A DNA stretch of 64,000 bases. It comes from the human T2T-CHM13v2.0 reference genome, Homo sapiens. This document shows positions 41,243-54,194 of this stretch, piece by piece. The translations under genes and the position numbers were made by a program. The stretch lies in the NCBI RefSeq assembly GCF_009914755.1, contig NC_060938.1; one strand, 5' to 3'. The stretch's first letter is position 1; each line of letters opens with the position of its first letter. A model generated the notes under the pieces. The model was not told the DNA's origin. It saw only the letters and a program-made list of their open reading frames with translations, and ran no database searches.

Positions 41243-44200
41243 CCATAGAGCTGAAAGCTGTCCTAATGTTCACTTCCAGATACTACAGAAAGAGTGTTTC
41301 AAAACTGCTGTACGAAAGGGAATGTTCAACTCTGTGACTTGAATGCACACATCACAAAGAAGTTTCTGAGGATGCTGCTGTCTACTTTTTATACGTAATC
41401 CCGTTTCCAACGAAATCCTCCAAGCTATCCAAATATCCACTTGCAGATTCCACAGAAAGACTGTTTCAAAACTGCTCTGTCAATAGAAAGGTTCAACTCT
41501 GTTAGCTGCGTGCATATATCCCAAAGAAGATTCTGAGATTGCTTCTGTCTAGTTTTTATGGGAAGATATTTCCCTTTTCACCGTAGGTGTCAAGGCGCTC
41601 CAAATGTCCACTTCCAGATACTACAAAAAGAGTGTTTCAAACCTACTCTGTGAAAGGGAATATTCAACTCTGTGACTTGAATGCACATATCACAAAGAAG
41701 TTTCTGAGAATGCTTCTGTCGAGATTTTATATGAAGATATTCCCGTTTCCAACGAAATGCTGAAATCTATCCAAATATCCCCTCGCAGATTCTACAAAAA
41801 GAGTGTTTCAAAACTGCTCTGTGAAAAGAAAGGTTCAACTCTGTTAGTTGAGTACACACATCACAAACAAGTTTCACAGAATGCTTCTTTCTAGCTTGTA
41901 GGGGAAGATATTCCCTTTATCACCATGGGCCTCCAACCGTCCGAAACATCCACTTCCATATACTACAAAAAGAGCGTTTCAAACCTGCTCTATGAAAGGC
42001 AATGTTCAACTCTGTGACTTGAATGCAGACATCACAGAGCAGTTTCTGAGAATGCTTCTGTCTAGATTTTATAGGAAGATATTCCCGTTTCCAACGAAAT
42101 CTTCACAGCTATCCAAATATCCACTTGCAGATTCTACAAAAAGAGTGTATCAAAACTGCTCTGTCAAAAGGAAGGTTCTTCTCTGTTAGGTGAGTGCATA
42201 CGTCATAAAGGAGTTTCTGAGAATGTTTCTGTCTAGTGGTTATGGGAAGATATTTGCTTTTTCACCGTAGGCCTCAGAGCGCTCCAAATATCCACTTGCA
42301 CATACTACAAAAAGAGTGCTTCAAAGCTGCTCTCTGAAACGGAATGTTCAACTCTATGAGTTGAATGCAAACATCACAAAGACGTTTCTGAGAATGCTTC
42401 TGTCTAGATTTGATATGAAGATATTCCCGTTTCCAACGAAATCTTCAAATCTATCCAAATGTCCACTTGCAGATTCAACAAAAAGTGTTTTTCAGAACTG
42501 CTCTATCAAAAGAAAGATCCACCTCTGTTAGCTGAGTTCACACATCACAAACAAGTTTATGAGAATGCTTCTGTCTAGTTTTTATTTGAAGATATTTCCT
42601 TTCTCACCATAGAGCTGAAAGCTGTCCTAATGTTCACTTCCAGATACTACAGAAAGAGTGTTTCAAAACTGCTGTACGAAAGGGAATGTTCAACTCTGTG
42701 ACTTGAATGCACACATCACAAAGTAGTTTCTGAGGATGCTGCTGTCTACTTTTTATACGTAATCCCGTTTCCAACGAAATCCTCCAAGCTATCCAAATAT
42801 CCACTTGCAGATTCCACAGAAAGACTGTTTCAAAACTGCTCTGTCAATAGAAAGGTTCAACTCTGTTAGCTGCATGCATATATCCCAAAGAAGATTCTGA
42901 GATTGCTTCTGTCTAGTTTTTATGGGAAGATATTTCCCTTTTCACCGTAGGCGTCAAGGCGCTCCAAATGTCCACTTCCAGATACTACAAAAAGAGTGTT
43001 TCAAACCTACTCTGTGAAAGGGAATATTCAACTCTGTGACTTGAATGCACATATCACAAGGAAGTTTCTGAGAATGCTTCTGTCGAGATTTTATATGAAG
43101 ATATTACCGTTTCCAACGAAATCCTGAAATCTATCCAAATATCCCCTTGCAGATTCTACAAAAAGAGTGTTTCAAAACTGCTCTGTAAAAAGAAAGGTTC
43201 AACTCTGTTAGTTGAGTACACACATCACAAACAAGTTTCACACAATGCTTCTTTCTAGCTTGTAGGGGAAGATATTCCCTTTATCACCATGGGCCTCAAA
43301 CCGTCCGATAAGTCCACTTCCATATACTACAAAAAGAGCGTTTCAAACCTGCTCTATGAAAGGCAATGTTCAACTCTGTGACTTGAATGCAGACATCACA
43401 GAGCAGTTTCTGAGAATGCTTCTGTCTAGATTTTATAGGAAGATATTCCCGTTTCCAACGAAATCTTCACAGCTATCCAAATATCCACTTGCAGATTCTA
43501 CAAAAAGAGTGTATCAAAACTGCTCTGTCAAAAGGAAGGTTCTTCTCTGTTAGGTGAGTGCATACGTCATAAAGGAGTTTCTGAGAATGTTTCTGTCTAG
43601 TGGTTATGGGAAGATATTTGCTTTTTCACCGTAGGCCTCAGAGCGCTCCAAATATCCACTTGCACATACTACAAAAAGAGTGCTTCAAAGCTGCTCTCTG
43701 AAACGGAATGTTCAACTCTATGAGTTGAATGCAAACATCACAAAGACGTTTCTGAGAATGCTTCTGTCTAGATTTGATATGAAGATATTCCCGTTTCCAA
43801 CGAAATCTTCAAATCTATCCAAATGTCCACTTGCAGATTCAACAAAAAGTGTTTTTCAGAACTGCTCTATCAAAAGAAAGATCCACCTCTGTTAGCTGAG
43901 TTCACACATCACAAACAACTTTATGAGAATGCTTCTGTCTAGTTTTTATTTGAAGATATTTCCTTTCTCACCATAGAGCTGAAAGCTGTCCTAATGTTCA
44001 CTTCCAGATACTACAGAAAGAGTGTTTCAAAACTGCTGTACGAAAGGGAATGTTCAACTCTGTGACTTGAATGCACACATCACAAAGAAGTTTCTGAGGA
44101 TGCTGCTGTCTACTTTTTATACGTAATCCCGTTTCCAACGAAATCCTCCAAGCTATCCAAATATCCACTTGCAGATTCCACAGAAAGACTGTTTCAAAAC

Positions 44201-45334
44201 TGCTCTGTCAATAGAAAGGTTCAACTCTGTTAGCTGCATGCATATATCCCAAAGAAGATTCTGAGATTGCTTCTGTCTAGTTTTTATGGGAAGATATTTC
44301 CCTTTTCACCGTAGGCGTCAAGGCGCTCCAAATGTCCACTTCCAGATACTACAAAAAGAGTGTTTCAAACCTACTCTGTGAAAGGGAATATTCAACTCTG
44401 TGACTTGAATGCACATATCACAAGGAAGTTTCTGAGAATGCTTCTGTCGAGATTTTATATGAAGATATTCCCGTTTCCAACGAAATCCTGAAATGTATCC
44501 AAATATCCCCTTGCAGATTCTACAAAAAGAGTGTTTCAAAACTGCTCTGTAAAAAGAAAGGTTCAACTCTGTTAGTTGAGTACACACATCACAAACAAGT
44601 TTCACACAATGCTTCTTTCTAGCTTGTAGGGGAAGATATTCCCTTTATCACCATGGGCCTCAAACCGTCCGAAAAGTCCACTTCCATATACTACAAAAAG
44701 AGCGTTTCAAACCTGCTCTATGAAAGGCAATGTTCAACTCTGTGACTTGAATGCAGACATCACAGAGCAGTTTCTGAGAATGCTTCTGTCTAGATTTTAT
44801 AGGAAGATATTCCCGTTTCCAACGAAATCTTCACAGCTATCCAAATATCCACTTGCAGATTCTACAAAAAGAGTGTATCAAAACTGCTCTGTCAAAAGGA
44901 AGGTTCTTTTCTGTTAGGTGAGTGCATACGTCATAAAGGAGTTTCTGAGAATGTTTCTGTCTAGTGGTTATGGGAAGATATTTGCTTTTTCACCGTAGGC
45001 CTCAGAGCGCTCCAAATATCCACTTGCACATACTACAAAAAGAGTGCCTCAAAGCTGCTCTCTGAAACGGAATGTTCAACTCTATGAGTTGAATGCAAAC
45101 ATCGCAAAGACGTTTCTGAGAATGCTTCTGTCTAGATTTGATATGAAGATATTCCCGTTTCCAACGAAATCTTCAACTCTATCCAAATGTCCACTTGCAG
45201 ATTCAACAAAAAGTGTTTTTCAGAACTGCTCTATCAAAAGAAAGATCCACCTCTGTTAGCTGAGTTCACACATCACAAACAAGTTTATGAGAATGCTTCT
45301 GTCTAGTTTTTATTTGAAGATATTTCCTTTCTCA

Positions 45335-47036
45335 CCATAGAGCTGAAAGCTGTCCTAATGTTCACTTCCAGATACTACAGAAAGAGTGTTTCAAAACTGC
45401 TGTACGAAAGGGAATGTTCAACTCTGTGACTTGAATGCACACATCACAAAGAAGTTTCTGAGGATGCTGCTGTCTACTTTTTATACGTAATCCCGTTTCC
45501 AACGAAATCCTCCAAGCTATCCAAATATCCACTTGCAGATTCCACAGAAAGACTGTTTCAAAACTGCTCTGTCAATAGAAAGGTTCAACTCTGTTAGCTG
45601 CGTGCATATATCCCAAAGAAGATTCTGAGATTGCTTCTGTCTAGTTTTTATGGGAAGATATTTCCCTTTTCACCGTAGGTGTCAAGGCGCTCCAAATGTC
45701 CACTTCCAGATACTACAAAAAGAGTGTTTCAAACCTACTCTGTGAAAGGGAATATTCAACTCTGTGACTTGAATGCACACATCACAAAGAAGTTTCTGAG
45801 GATGCTGCTGTCTACTTTTTATACGTAATCCCGTTTCCAACGAAATCCTCCAAGCTATCCAAATATCCACTTGCAGATTCCACAGAAAGACTGTTTCAAA
45901 ACTGCTCTGTCAATAGAAAGGTTCAACTCTGTTAGCTGCATGCATATATCCCAAAGAAGATTCTGAGATTGCTTCTGTCTAGTTTTTATGGGAAGATATT
46001 TCCCTTTTCACCGTAGGCGTCAAGGCGCTCCAAATGTCCACTTCCAGATACTACAAAAAGAGTGTTTCAAACCTACTCTGTGAAAGGGAATATTCAACTC
46101 TGTGACTTGAATGCACATATCACAAGGAAGTTTCTGAGAATGCTTCTGTCGAGATTTTATATGAAGATATTACCGTTTCCAACGAAATCCTGAAATGTAT
46201 CCAAATATCCCCTTGCAGATTCTACAAAAAGAGTGTTTCAAAACTGCTCTGTAAAAAGAAAGGTTCAACTCTGTTAGTTGAGTACACACATCACAAACAA
46301 GTTTCACACAATGCTTCTTTCTAGCTTGTAGGGGAAGATATTCCCTTTATCACCATGGGCCTCAAACCGTCCGAAAAGTCCACTTCCATATACTACAAAA
46401 AGAGCGTTTCAAACCTGCTCTATGAAAGGCAATGTTCAACTCTGTGACTTGAATGCAGACATCACAGAGCAGTTTCTGAGAATGCTTCTGTCTAGATTTT
46501 ATAGGAAGATATTCCCGTTTCCAACGAAATCTTCACAGCTATCCAAATATCCACTTGCAGATTCTACAAAAAGAGTGTATCAAAACTGCTCTGTCAAAAG
46601 GAAGGTTCTTTTCTGTTAGGTGAGTGCATACGTCATAAAGGAGTTTCTGAGAATGTTTCTGTCTAGTGGTTATGGGAAGATATTTGCTTTTTCACCGTAG
46701 GCCTCAGAGCGCTCCAAATATCCACTTGCACATACTACAAAAAGAGTGCCTCAAAGCTGCTCTCTGAAACGGAATGTTCAACTCTATGAGTTGAATGCAA
46801 ACATCGCAAAGACGTTTCTGAGAATGCTTCTGTCTAGATTTGATATGAAGATATTCCCGTTTCCAACGAAATCTTCAAATCTATCCAAATGTCCACTTGC
46901 AGATTCAACAAAAAGTGTTTTTCAGAACTGCTCTATCAAAAGAAAGATCCACCTCTGTTAGCTGAGTTCACACATCACAAACAAGTTTATGAGAATGCTT
47001 CTGTCTAGTTTTTATTTGAAGATATTTCCTTTCTCA
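45335..47036 (-). repeat. 10-mer structural-variant HOR, copy 6
   Basis: Step 44720 to 46422 = 1702; junction at 45755-45779. Confidence 0.93.
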
Positions 47037-50000
47037 CCATAGAGCTGAAAGCTGTCCTAATGTTCACTTCCAGATACTACAGAAAGAGTGTTTCAAAACT
47101 GCTGTACGAAAGGGAATGTTCAACTCTGTGACTTGAATGCACACATCACAAAGAAGTTTCTGAGGATGCTGCTGTCTACTTTTTATACGTAATCCCGTTT
47201 CCAACGAAATCCTCCAAGCTATCCAAATATCCACTTGCAGATTCCACAGAAAGACTGTTTCAAAACTGCTCTGTCAATAGAAAGGTTCAACTCTGTTAGC
47301 TGCGTGCATATATCCCAAAGAAGATTCTGAGATTGCTTCTGTCTAGTTTTTATGGGAAGATATTTCCCTTTTCACCGTAGGTGTCAAGGCGCTCCAAATG
47401 TCCACTTCCAGATACTACAAAAAGAGTGTTTCAAACCTACTCTGTGAAAGGGAATATTCAACTCTGTGACTTGAATGCACATATCACAAAGAAGTTTCTG
47501 AGAATGCTTCTGTCGAGATTTTATATGAAGATATTCCCGTTTCCAACGAAATGCTGAAATCTATCCAAATATCCCCTCGCAGATTCTACAAAAAGAGTGT
47601 TTCAAAACTGCTCTGTGAAAAGAAAGGTTCAACTCTGTTAGTTGAGTACACACATCACAAACAAGTTTCACAGAATGCTTCTTTCTAGCTTGTAGGGGAA
47701 GATATTCCCTTTATCACCATGGGCCTCCAACCGTCCGAAACATCCACTTCCATATACTACAAAAAGAGCGTTTCAAACCTGCTCTATGAAAGGCAATGTT
47801 CAACTCTGTGACTTGAATGCAGACATCACAGAGCAGTTTCTGAGAATGCTTCTGTCTAGATTTTATAGGAAGATATTCCCGTTTCCAACGAAATCTTCAC
47901 AGCTATCCAAATATCCACTTGCAGATTCTACAAAAAGAGTGTATCAAAACTGCTCTGTCAAAAGGAAGGTTCTTCTCTGTTAGTTGAGTGCATACGTCAT
48001 AAAGGAGTTTCTGAGAATGTTTCTGTCTAGTGGTTATGGGAAGATATTTGCTTTTTCACCGTAGGCCTCAGAGCGCTCCAAATATCCACTTGCACATACT
48101 ACAAAAAGAGTGCTTCAAAGCTGCTCTCTGAAACGGAATGTTCAACTCTATGAGTTGAATGCAAACATCACAAAGACGTTTCTGAGAATGCTTCTGTCTA
48201 GATTTGATATGAAGATATTCCCGTTTCCAACGAAATCTTCAAATCTATCCAAATGTCCACTTGCAGATTCAACAAAAAGTGTTTTTCAGAACTGCTCTAT
48301 CAAAAGAAAGATCCACCTCTGTTAGCTGAGTTCACACATCACAAACAAGTTTATGAGAATGCTTCTGTCTAGTTTTTATTTGAAGATATTTCCTTTCTCA
48401 CCATAGAGCTGAAAGCTGTCCTAATGTTCACTTCCAGATACTACAGAAAGAGTGTTTCAAAACTGCTGTACGAAAGGGAATGTTCAACTCTGTGACTTGA
48501 ATGCACACATCACAAAGTAGTTTCTGAGGATGCTGCTGTCTACTTTTTATACGTAATCCCGTTTCCAACGAAATCCTCCAAGCTATCCAAATATCCACTT
48601 GCAGATTCCACAGAAAGACTGTTTCAAAACTGCTCTGTCAATAGAAAGGTTCAACTCTGTTAGCTGCATGCATATATCCCAAAGAAGATTCTGAGATTGC
48701 TTCTGTCTAGTTTTTATGGGAAGATATTTCCCTTTTCACCGTAGGCGTCAAGGCGCTCCAAATGTCCACTTCCAGATACTACAAAAAGAGTGTTTCAAAC
48801 CTACTCTGTGAAAGGGAATATTCAACTCTGTGACTTGAATGCACATATCACAAGGAAGTTTCTGAGAATGCTTCTGTCAAGATTTTATATGAAGATATTC
48901 CCGTTTCCAACGAAATCCTGAAATCTATCCAAATATCCCCTTGCAGATTCTACAAAAAGAGTGTTTCAAAACTGCTCTGTAAAAAGAAAGGTTCAACTCT
49001 GTTAGTTGAGTACACACATCACAAACAAGTTTCACACAATGCTTCTTTCTAGCTTGTAGGGGAAGATATTCCCTTTATCACCATGGGCCTCAAACCGTCC
49101 GATAAGTCCACTTCCATATACTACAAAAAGAGCGTTTCAAACCTGCTCTATGAAAGGCAATGTTCAACTCTGTGACTTGAATGCAGACATCACAGAGCAG
49201 TTTCTGAGAATGCTTCTGTCTAGATTTTATAGGAAGATATTCCCGTTTCCAACGAAATCTTCACAGCTATCCAAATATCCACTTGCAGATTCTACAAAAA
49301 GAGTGTATCAAAACTGCTCTGTCAAAAGGAAGGTTCTTCTCTGTTAGGTGAGTGCATACGTCATAAAGGAGTTTCTGAGAATGTTTCTGTCTAGTGGTTA
49401 TGGGAAGATATTTGCTTTTTCACCGTAGGCCTCAGAGCGCTCCAAATATCCACTTGCACATACTACAAAAAGAGTGCTTCAAAGCTGCTCTCTGAAACGG
49501 AATGTTCAACTCTATGAGTTGAATGCAAACATCACAAAGACGTTTCTGAGAATGCTTCTGTCTAGATTTGATATGAAGATATTCCCGTTTCCAACGAAAT
49601 CTTCAAATCTATCCAAATGTCCACTTGCAGATTCAACAAAAAGTGTTTTTCAGAACTGCTCTATCAAAAGAAAGATCCACCTCTGTTAGCTGAGTTCACA
49701 CATCACAAACAACTTTATGAGAATGCTTCTGTCTAGTTTTTATTTGAAGATATTTCCTTTCTCACCATAGAGCTGAAAGCTGTCCTAATGTTCACTTCCA
49801 GATACTACAGAAAGAGTGTTTCAAAACTGCTGTACGAAAGGGAATGTTCAACTCTGTGACTTGAATGCACACATCACAAAGAAGTTTCTGAGGATGCTGC
49901 TGTCTACTTTTTATACGTAATCCCGTTTCCAACGAAATCCTCCAAGCTATCCAAATATCCACTTGCAGATTCCACAGAAAGACTGTTTCAAAACTGCTCT

Positions 50001-51128
50001 GTCAATAGAAAGGTTCAACTCTGTTAGCTGCATGCATATATCCCAAAGAAGATTCTGAGATTGCTTCTGTCTAGTTTTTATGGGAAGATATTTCCCTTTT
50101 CACCGTAGGCGTCAAGGCGCTCCAAATGTCCACTTCCAGATACTACAAAAAGAGTGTTTCAAACCTACTCTGTGAAAGGGAATATTCAACTCTGTGACTT
50201 GAATGCACATATCACAAGGAAGTTTCTGAGAATGCTTCTGTCGAGATTTTATATGAAGATATTCCCGTTTCCAACGAAATCCTGAAATCTATCCAAATAT
50301 CCCCTTGCAGATTCTACAAAAAGAGTGTTTCAAAACTGCTCTGTAAAAAGAAAGGTTCAACTCTGTTAGTTGAGTACACACATCACAAACAAGTTTCACA
50401 GAATGCTTCTTTCTAGCTTGTAGGGGAAGATATTCCCTTTATCACCATGGGCCTCAAACCGTCCGATAAGTCCACTTCCATATACTACAAAAAGAGCGTT
50501 TCAAACCTGCTCTATGAAAGACAATGTTCAACTCTGTGACTTGAATGCAGACATCACAGAGCAGTTTCTGAGAATGCTTCTGTCTAGATTTTATAGGAAG
50601 ATATTCCCGTTTCCAACGAAATCTTCACAGCTATCCAAATATCCACTTGCAGATTCTACAAAAAGAGTGTATCAAAACTGCTCTGTCAAAAGGAAGGTTC
50701 TTTTCTGTTAGGTGAGTGCATACGTCATAAAGGAGTTTCTGAGAATGTTTCTGTCTAGTGGTTATGGGAAGATATTTGCTTTTTCACCGTAGGCCTCAGA
50801 GCGCTCCAAATATCCACTTGCACATACTACAAAAAGAGTGCCTCAAAGCTGCTCTCTGAAACGGAATGTTCAACTCTATGAGTTGAATGCAAACATCGCA
50901 AAGACGTTTCTGAGAATGCTTCTGTCTAGATTTGATATGAAGATATTCCCGTTTCCAACGAAATCTTCAAATCTATCCAAATGTCCACTTGCAGATTCAA
51001 CAAAAAGTGTTTTTCAGAACTGCTCTATCAAAAGAAAGATCCACCTCTGTTAGCTGAGTTCACACATCACAAACAAGTTTATGAGAATGCTTCTGTCTAG
51101 TTTTTATTTGAAGATATTTCCTTTCTCA

Positions 51129-52830
51129 CCATAGAGCTGAAAGCTGTCCTAATGTTCACTTCCAGATACTACAGAAAGAGTGTTTCAAAACTGCTGTACG
51201 AAAGGGAATGTTCAACTCTGTGACTTGAATGCACACATCACAAAGAAGTTTCTGAGGATGCTGCTGTCTACTTTTTATACGTAATCCCGTTTCCAACGAA
51301 ATCCTCCAAGCTATCCAAATATCCACTTGCAGATTCCACAGAAAGACTGTTTCAAAACTGCTCTGTCAATAGAAAGGTTCAACTCTGTTAGCTGCGTGCA
51401 TATATCCCAAAGAAGATTCTGAGATTGCTTCTGTCTAGTTTTTATGGGAAGATATTTCCCTTTTCACCGTAGGTGTCAAGGCGCTCCAAATGTCCACTTC
51501 CAGATACTACAAAAAGAGTGTTTCAAACCTACTCTGTGAAAGGGAATATTCAACTCTGTGACTTGAATGCACACATCACAAAGAAGTTTCTGAGGATGCT
51601 GCTGTCTACTTTTTATACGTAATCCCGTTTCCAACGAAATCCTCCAAGCTATCCAAATATCCACTTGCAGATTCCACAGAAAGACTGTTTCAAAACTGCT
51701 CTGTCAATAGAAAGGTTCAACTCTGTTAGCTGCATGCATATATCCCAAAGAAGATTCTGAGATTGCTTCTGTCTAGTTTTTATGGGAAGATATTTCCCTT
51801 TTCACCGTAGGCGTCAAGGCGCTCCAAATGTCCACTTCCAGATACTACAAAAAGAGTGTTTCAAACCTACTCTGTGAAAGGGAATATTCAACTCTGTGAC
51901 TTGAATGCACATATCACAAGGAAGTTTCTGAGAATGCTTCTGTCGAGATTTTATATGAAGATATTCCCGTTTCCAACGAAATCCTGAAATCTATCCAAAT
52001 ATCCCCTTGCAGATTCTACAAAAAGAGTGTTTCAAAACTGCTCTGTAAAAAGAAAGGTTCAACTCTGTTAGTTGAGTACACACATCACAAACAAGTTTCA
52101 CACAATGCTTCTTTCTAGCTTGTAGGGGAAGATATTCCCTTTATCACCATGGGCCTCAAACCGTCCGATAAGTCCACTTCCATATACTACAAAAAGAGCG
52201 TTTCAAACCTGCTCTATGAAAGGCAATGTTCAACTCTGTGACTTGAATGCAGACATCACAGAGCAGTTTCTGAGAATGCTTCTGTCTAGATTTTATAGGA
52301 AGATATTCCCGTTTCCAACGAAATCTTCACAGCTATCCAAATATCCACTTGCAGATTCTACAAAAAGAGTGTATCAAAACTGCTCTGTCAAAAGGAAGGT
52401 TCTTCTCTGTTAGGTGAGTGCATACGTCATAAAGGAGTTTCTGAGAATGTTTCTGTCTAGTGGTTATGGGAAGATATTTGCTTTTTCACCGTAGGCCTCA
52501 GAGCGCTCCAAATATCCACTTGCACATACTACAAAAAGAGTGTCTCAAAGCTGCTCTCTGAAACGGAATGTTCAACTCTATGAGTTGAATGCAAGCATCG
52601 CAAAGACGTTTCTGAGAATGCTTCTGTCTAGATTTGATATGAAGATATTCCCGTTTCCAACGAAATCTTCAAATCTATCCAAATGTCCACTTGCAGATTC
52701 AACAAAAAGTGTTTTTCAGAACTGCTCTATCAAAAGAAAGATCCACCTCTGTTAGCTGAGTTCACACATCACAAACAAGTTTATGAGAATGCTTCTGTCT
52801 AGTTTTTATTTGAAGATATTTCCTTTCTCA
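51129..52830 (-). repeat. 10-mer structural-variant HOR, copy 7
   Basis: Step 50514 to 52216 = 1702; junction at 51549-51573. Confidence 0.93.
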
Positions 52831-54194
52831 CCATAGAGCTGAAAGCTGTCCTAATGTTCACTTCCAGATACTACAGAAAGAGTGTTTCAAAACTGCTGTA
52901 CGAAAGGGAATGTTCAACTATGTGACTTGAATGCACACATCACAAAGAAGTTTCTGAGGATGCTGCTGTCTACTTTTTATACGTAATCCCGTTTCCAACG
53001 AAATCCTCCAAGCTATCCAAATATCCACTTGCAGATTCCACAGAAAGACTGTTTCAAAACTGCTCTGTCAATAGAAAGGTTCAACTCTGTTAGCTGCGTG
53101 CATATATCCCAAAGAAGATTCTGAGATTGCTTCTGTCTAGTTTTTATGGGAAGATATTTCCCTTTTCACCGTAGGCGTCAAGGCGCTCCAAATGTCCACT
53201 TCCAGATACTACAAAAAGAGTGTTTCAAACCTACTCTGTGAAAGGGAATATTCAACTCTGTGACTTGAATGCACATATCACAAAGAAGTTTCTGAGAATG
53301 CTTCTGTCGAGATTTTATATGAAGATATTCCCGTTTCCAACGAAATGCTGAAATCTATCCAAATATCCCCTCGCAGATTCTACAAAAAGAGTGTTTCAAA
53401 ACTGCTCTGTGAAAAGAAAGGTTCAACTCTGTTAGTTGAGTACACACATCACAAACAAGTTTCACAGAATGCTTCTTTCTAGCTTGTAGGGGAAGATATT
53501 CCCTTTATCACCATGGGCCTCCAACCGTCCGAAACATCCACTTCCATATACTACAAAAAGAGCGTTTCAAACCTGCTCTATGAAAGGCAATGTTCAACTC
53601 TGTGACTTGAATGCAGACATCACAGAGCAGTTTCTGAGAATGCTTCTGTCTAGATTTTATAGGAAGATATTCCCGTTTCCAACGAAATCTTCACAGCTAT
53701 CCAAATATCCACTTGCAGATTCTACAAAAAGAGTGTATCAAAACTGCTCTGTCAAAAGGAAGGTTCTTCTCTGTTAGGTGAGTGCATACGTCATAAAGGA
53801 GTTTCTGAGAATGTTTCTGTCTAGTGGTTATGGGAAGATATTTGCTTTTTCACCGTAGGCCTCAGAGCGCTCCAAATATCCACTTGCACATACTACAAAA
53901 AGAGTGCTTCAAAGCTGCTCTCTGAAACGGAATGTTCAACTCTATGAGTTGAATGCAAACATCACAAAGACGTTTCTGAGAATGCTTCTGTCTAGATTTG
54001 ATATGAAGATATTCCCGTTTCCAACGAAATCTTCAAATCTATCCAAATGTCCACTTGCAGATTCAACAAAAAGTGTTTTTCAGAACTGCTCTATCAAAAG
54101 AAAGATCCACCTCTGTTAGCTGAGTTCACACATCACAAACAAGTTTATGAGAATGCTTCTGTCTAGTTTTTATTTGAAGATATTTCCTTTCTCA

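Larger units (their letters stand above)
27953..52830 (-). repeat. Super-HOR tandem: 5794-bp unit (10-mer + three 8-mers = 34 monomers), four full periods plus a fifth 10-mer
   Basis: 10-mers start at 27953, 33747, 39541, 45335 and 51129, exactly 5794 apart. SNVs recur at the same period (aaagtag ~36930/42724/48518; aactttatg ~32331/38125/43919/49713). Confidence 0.88.
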
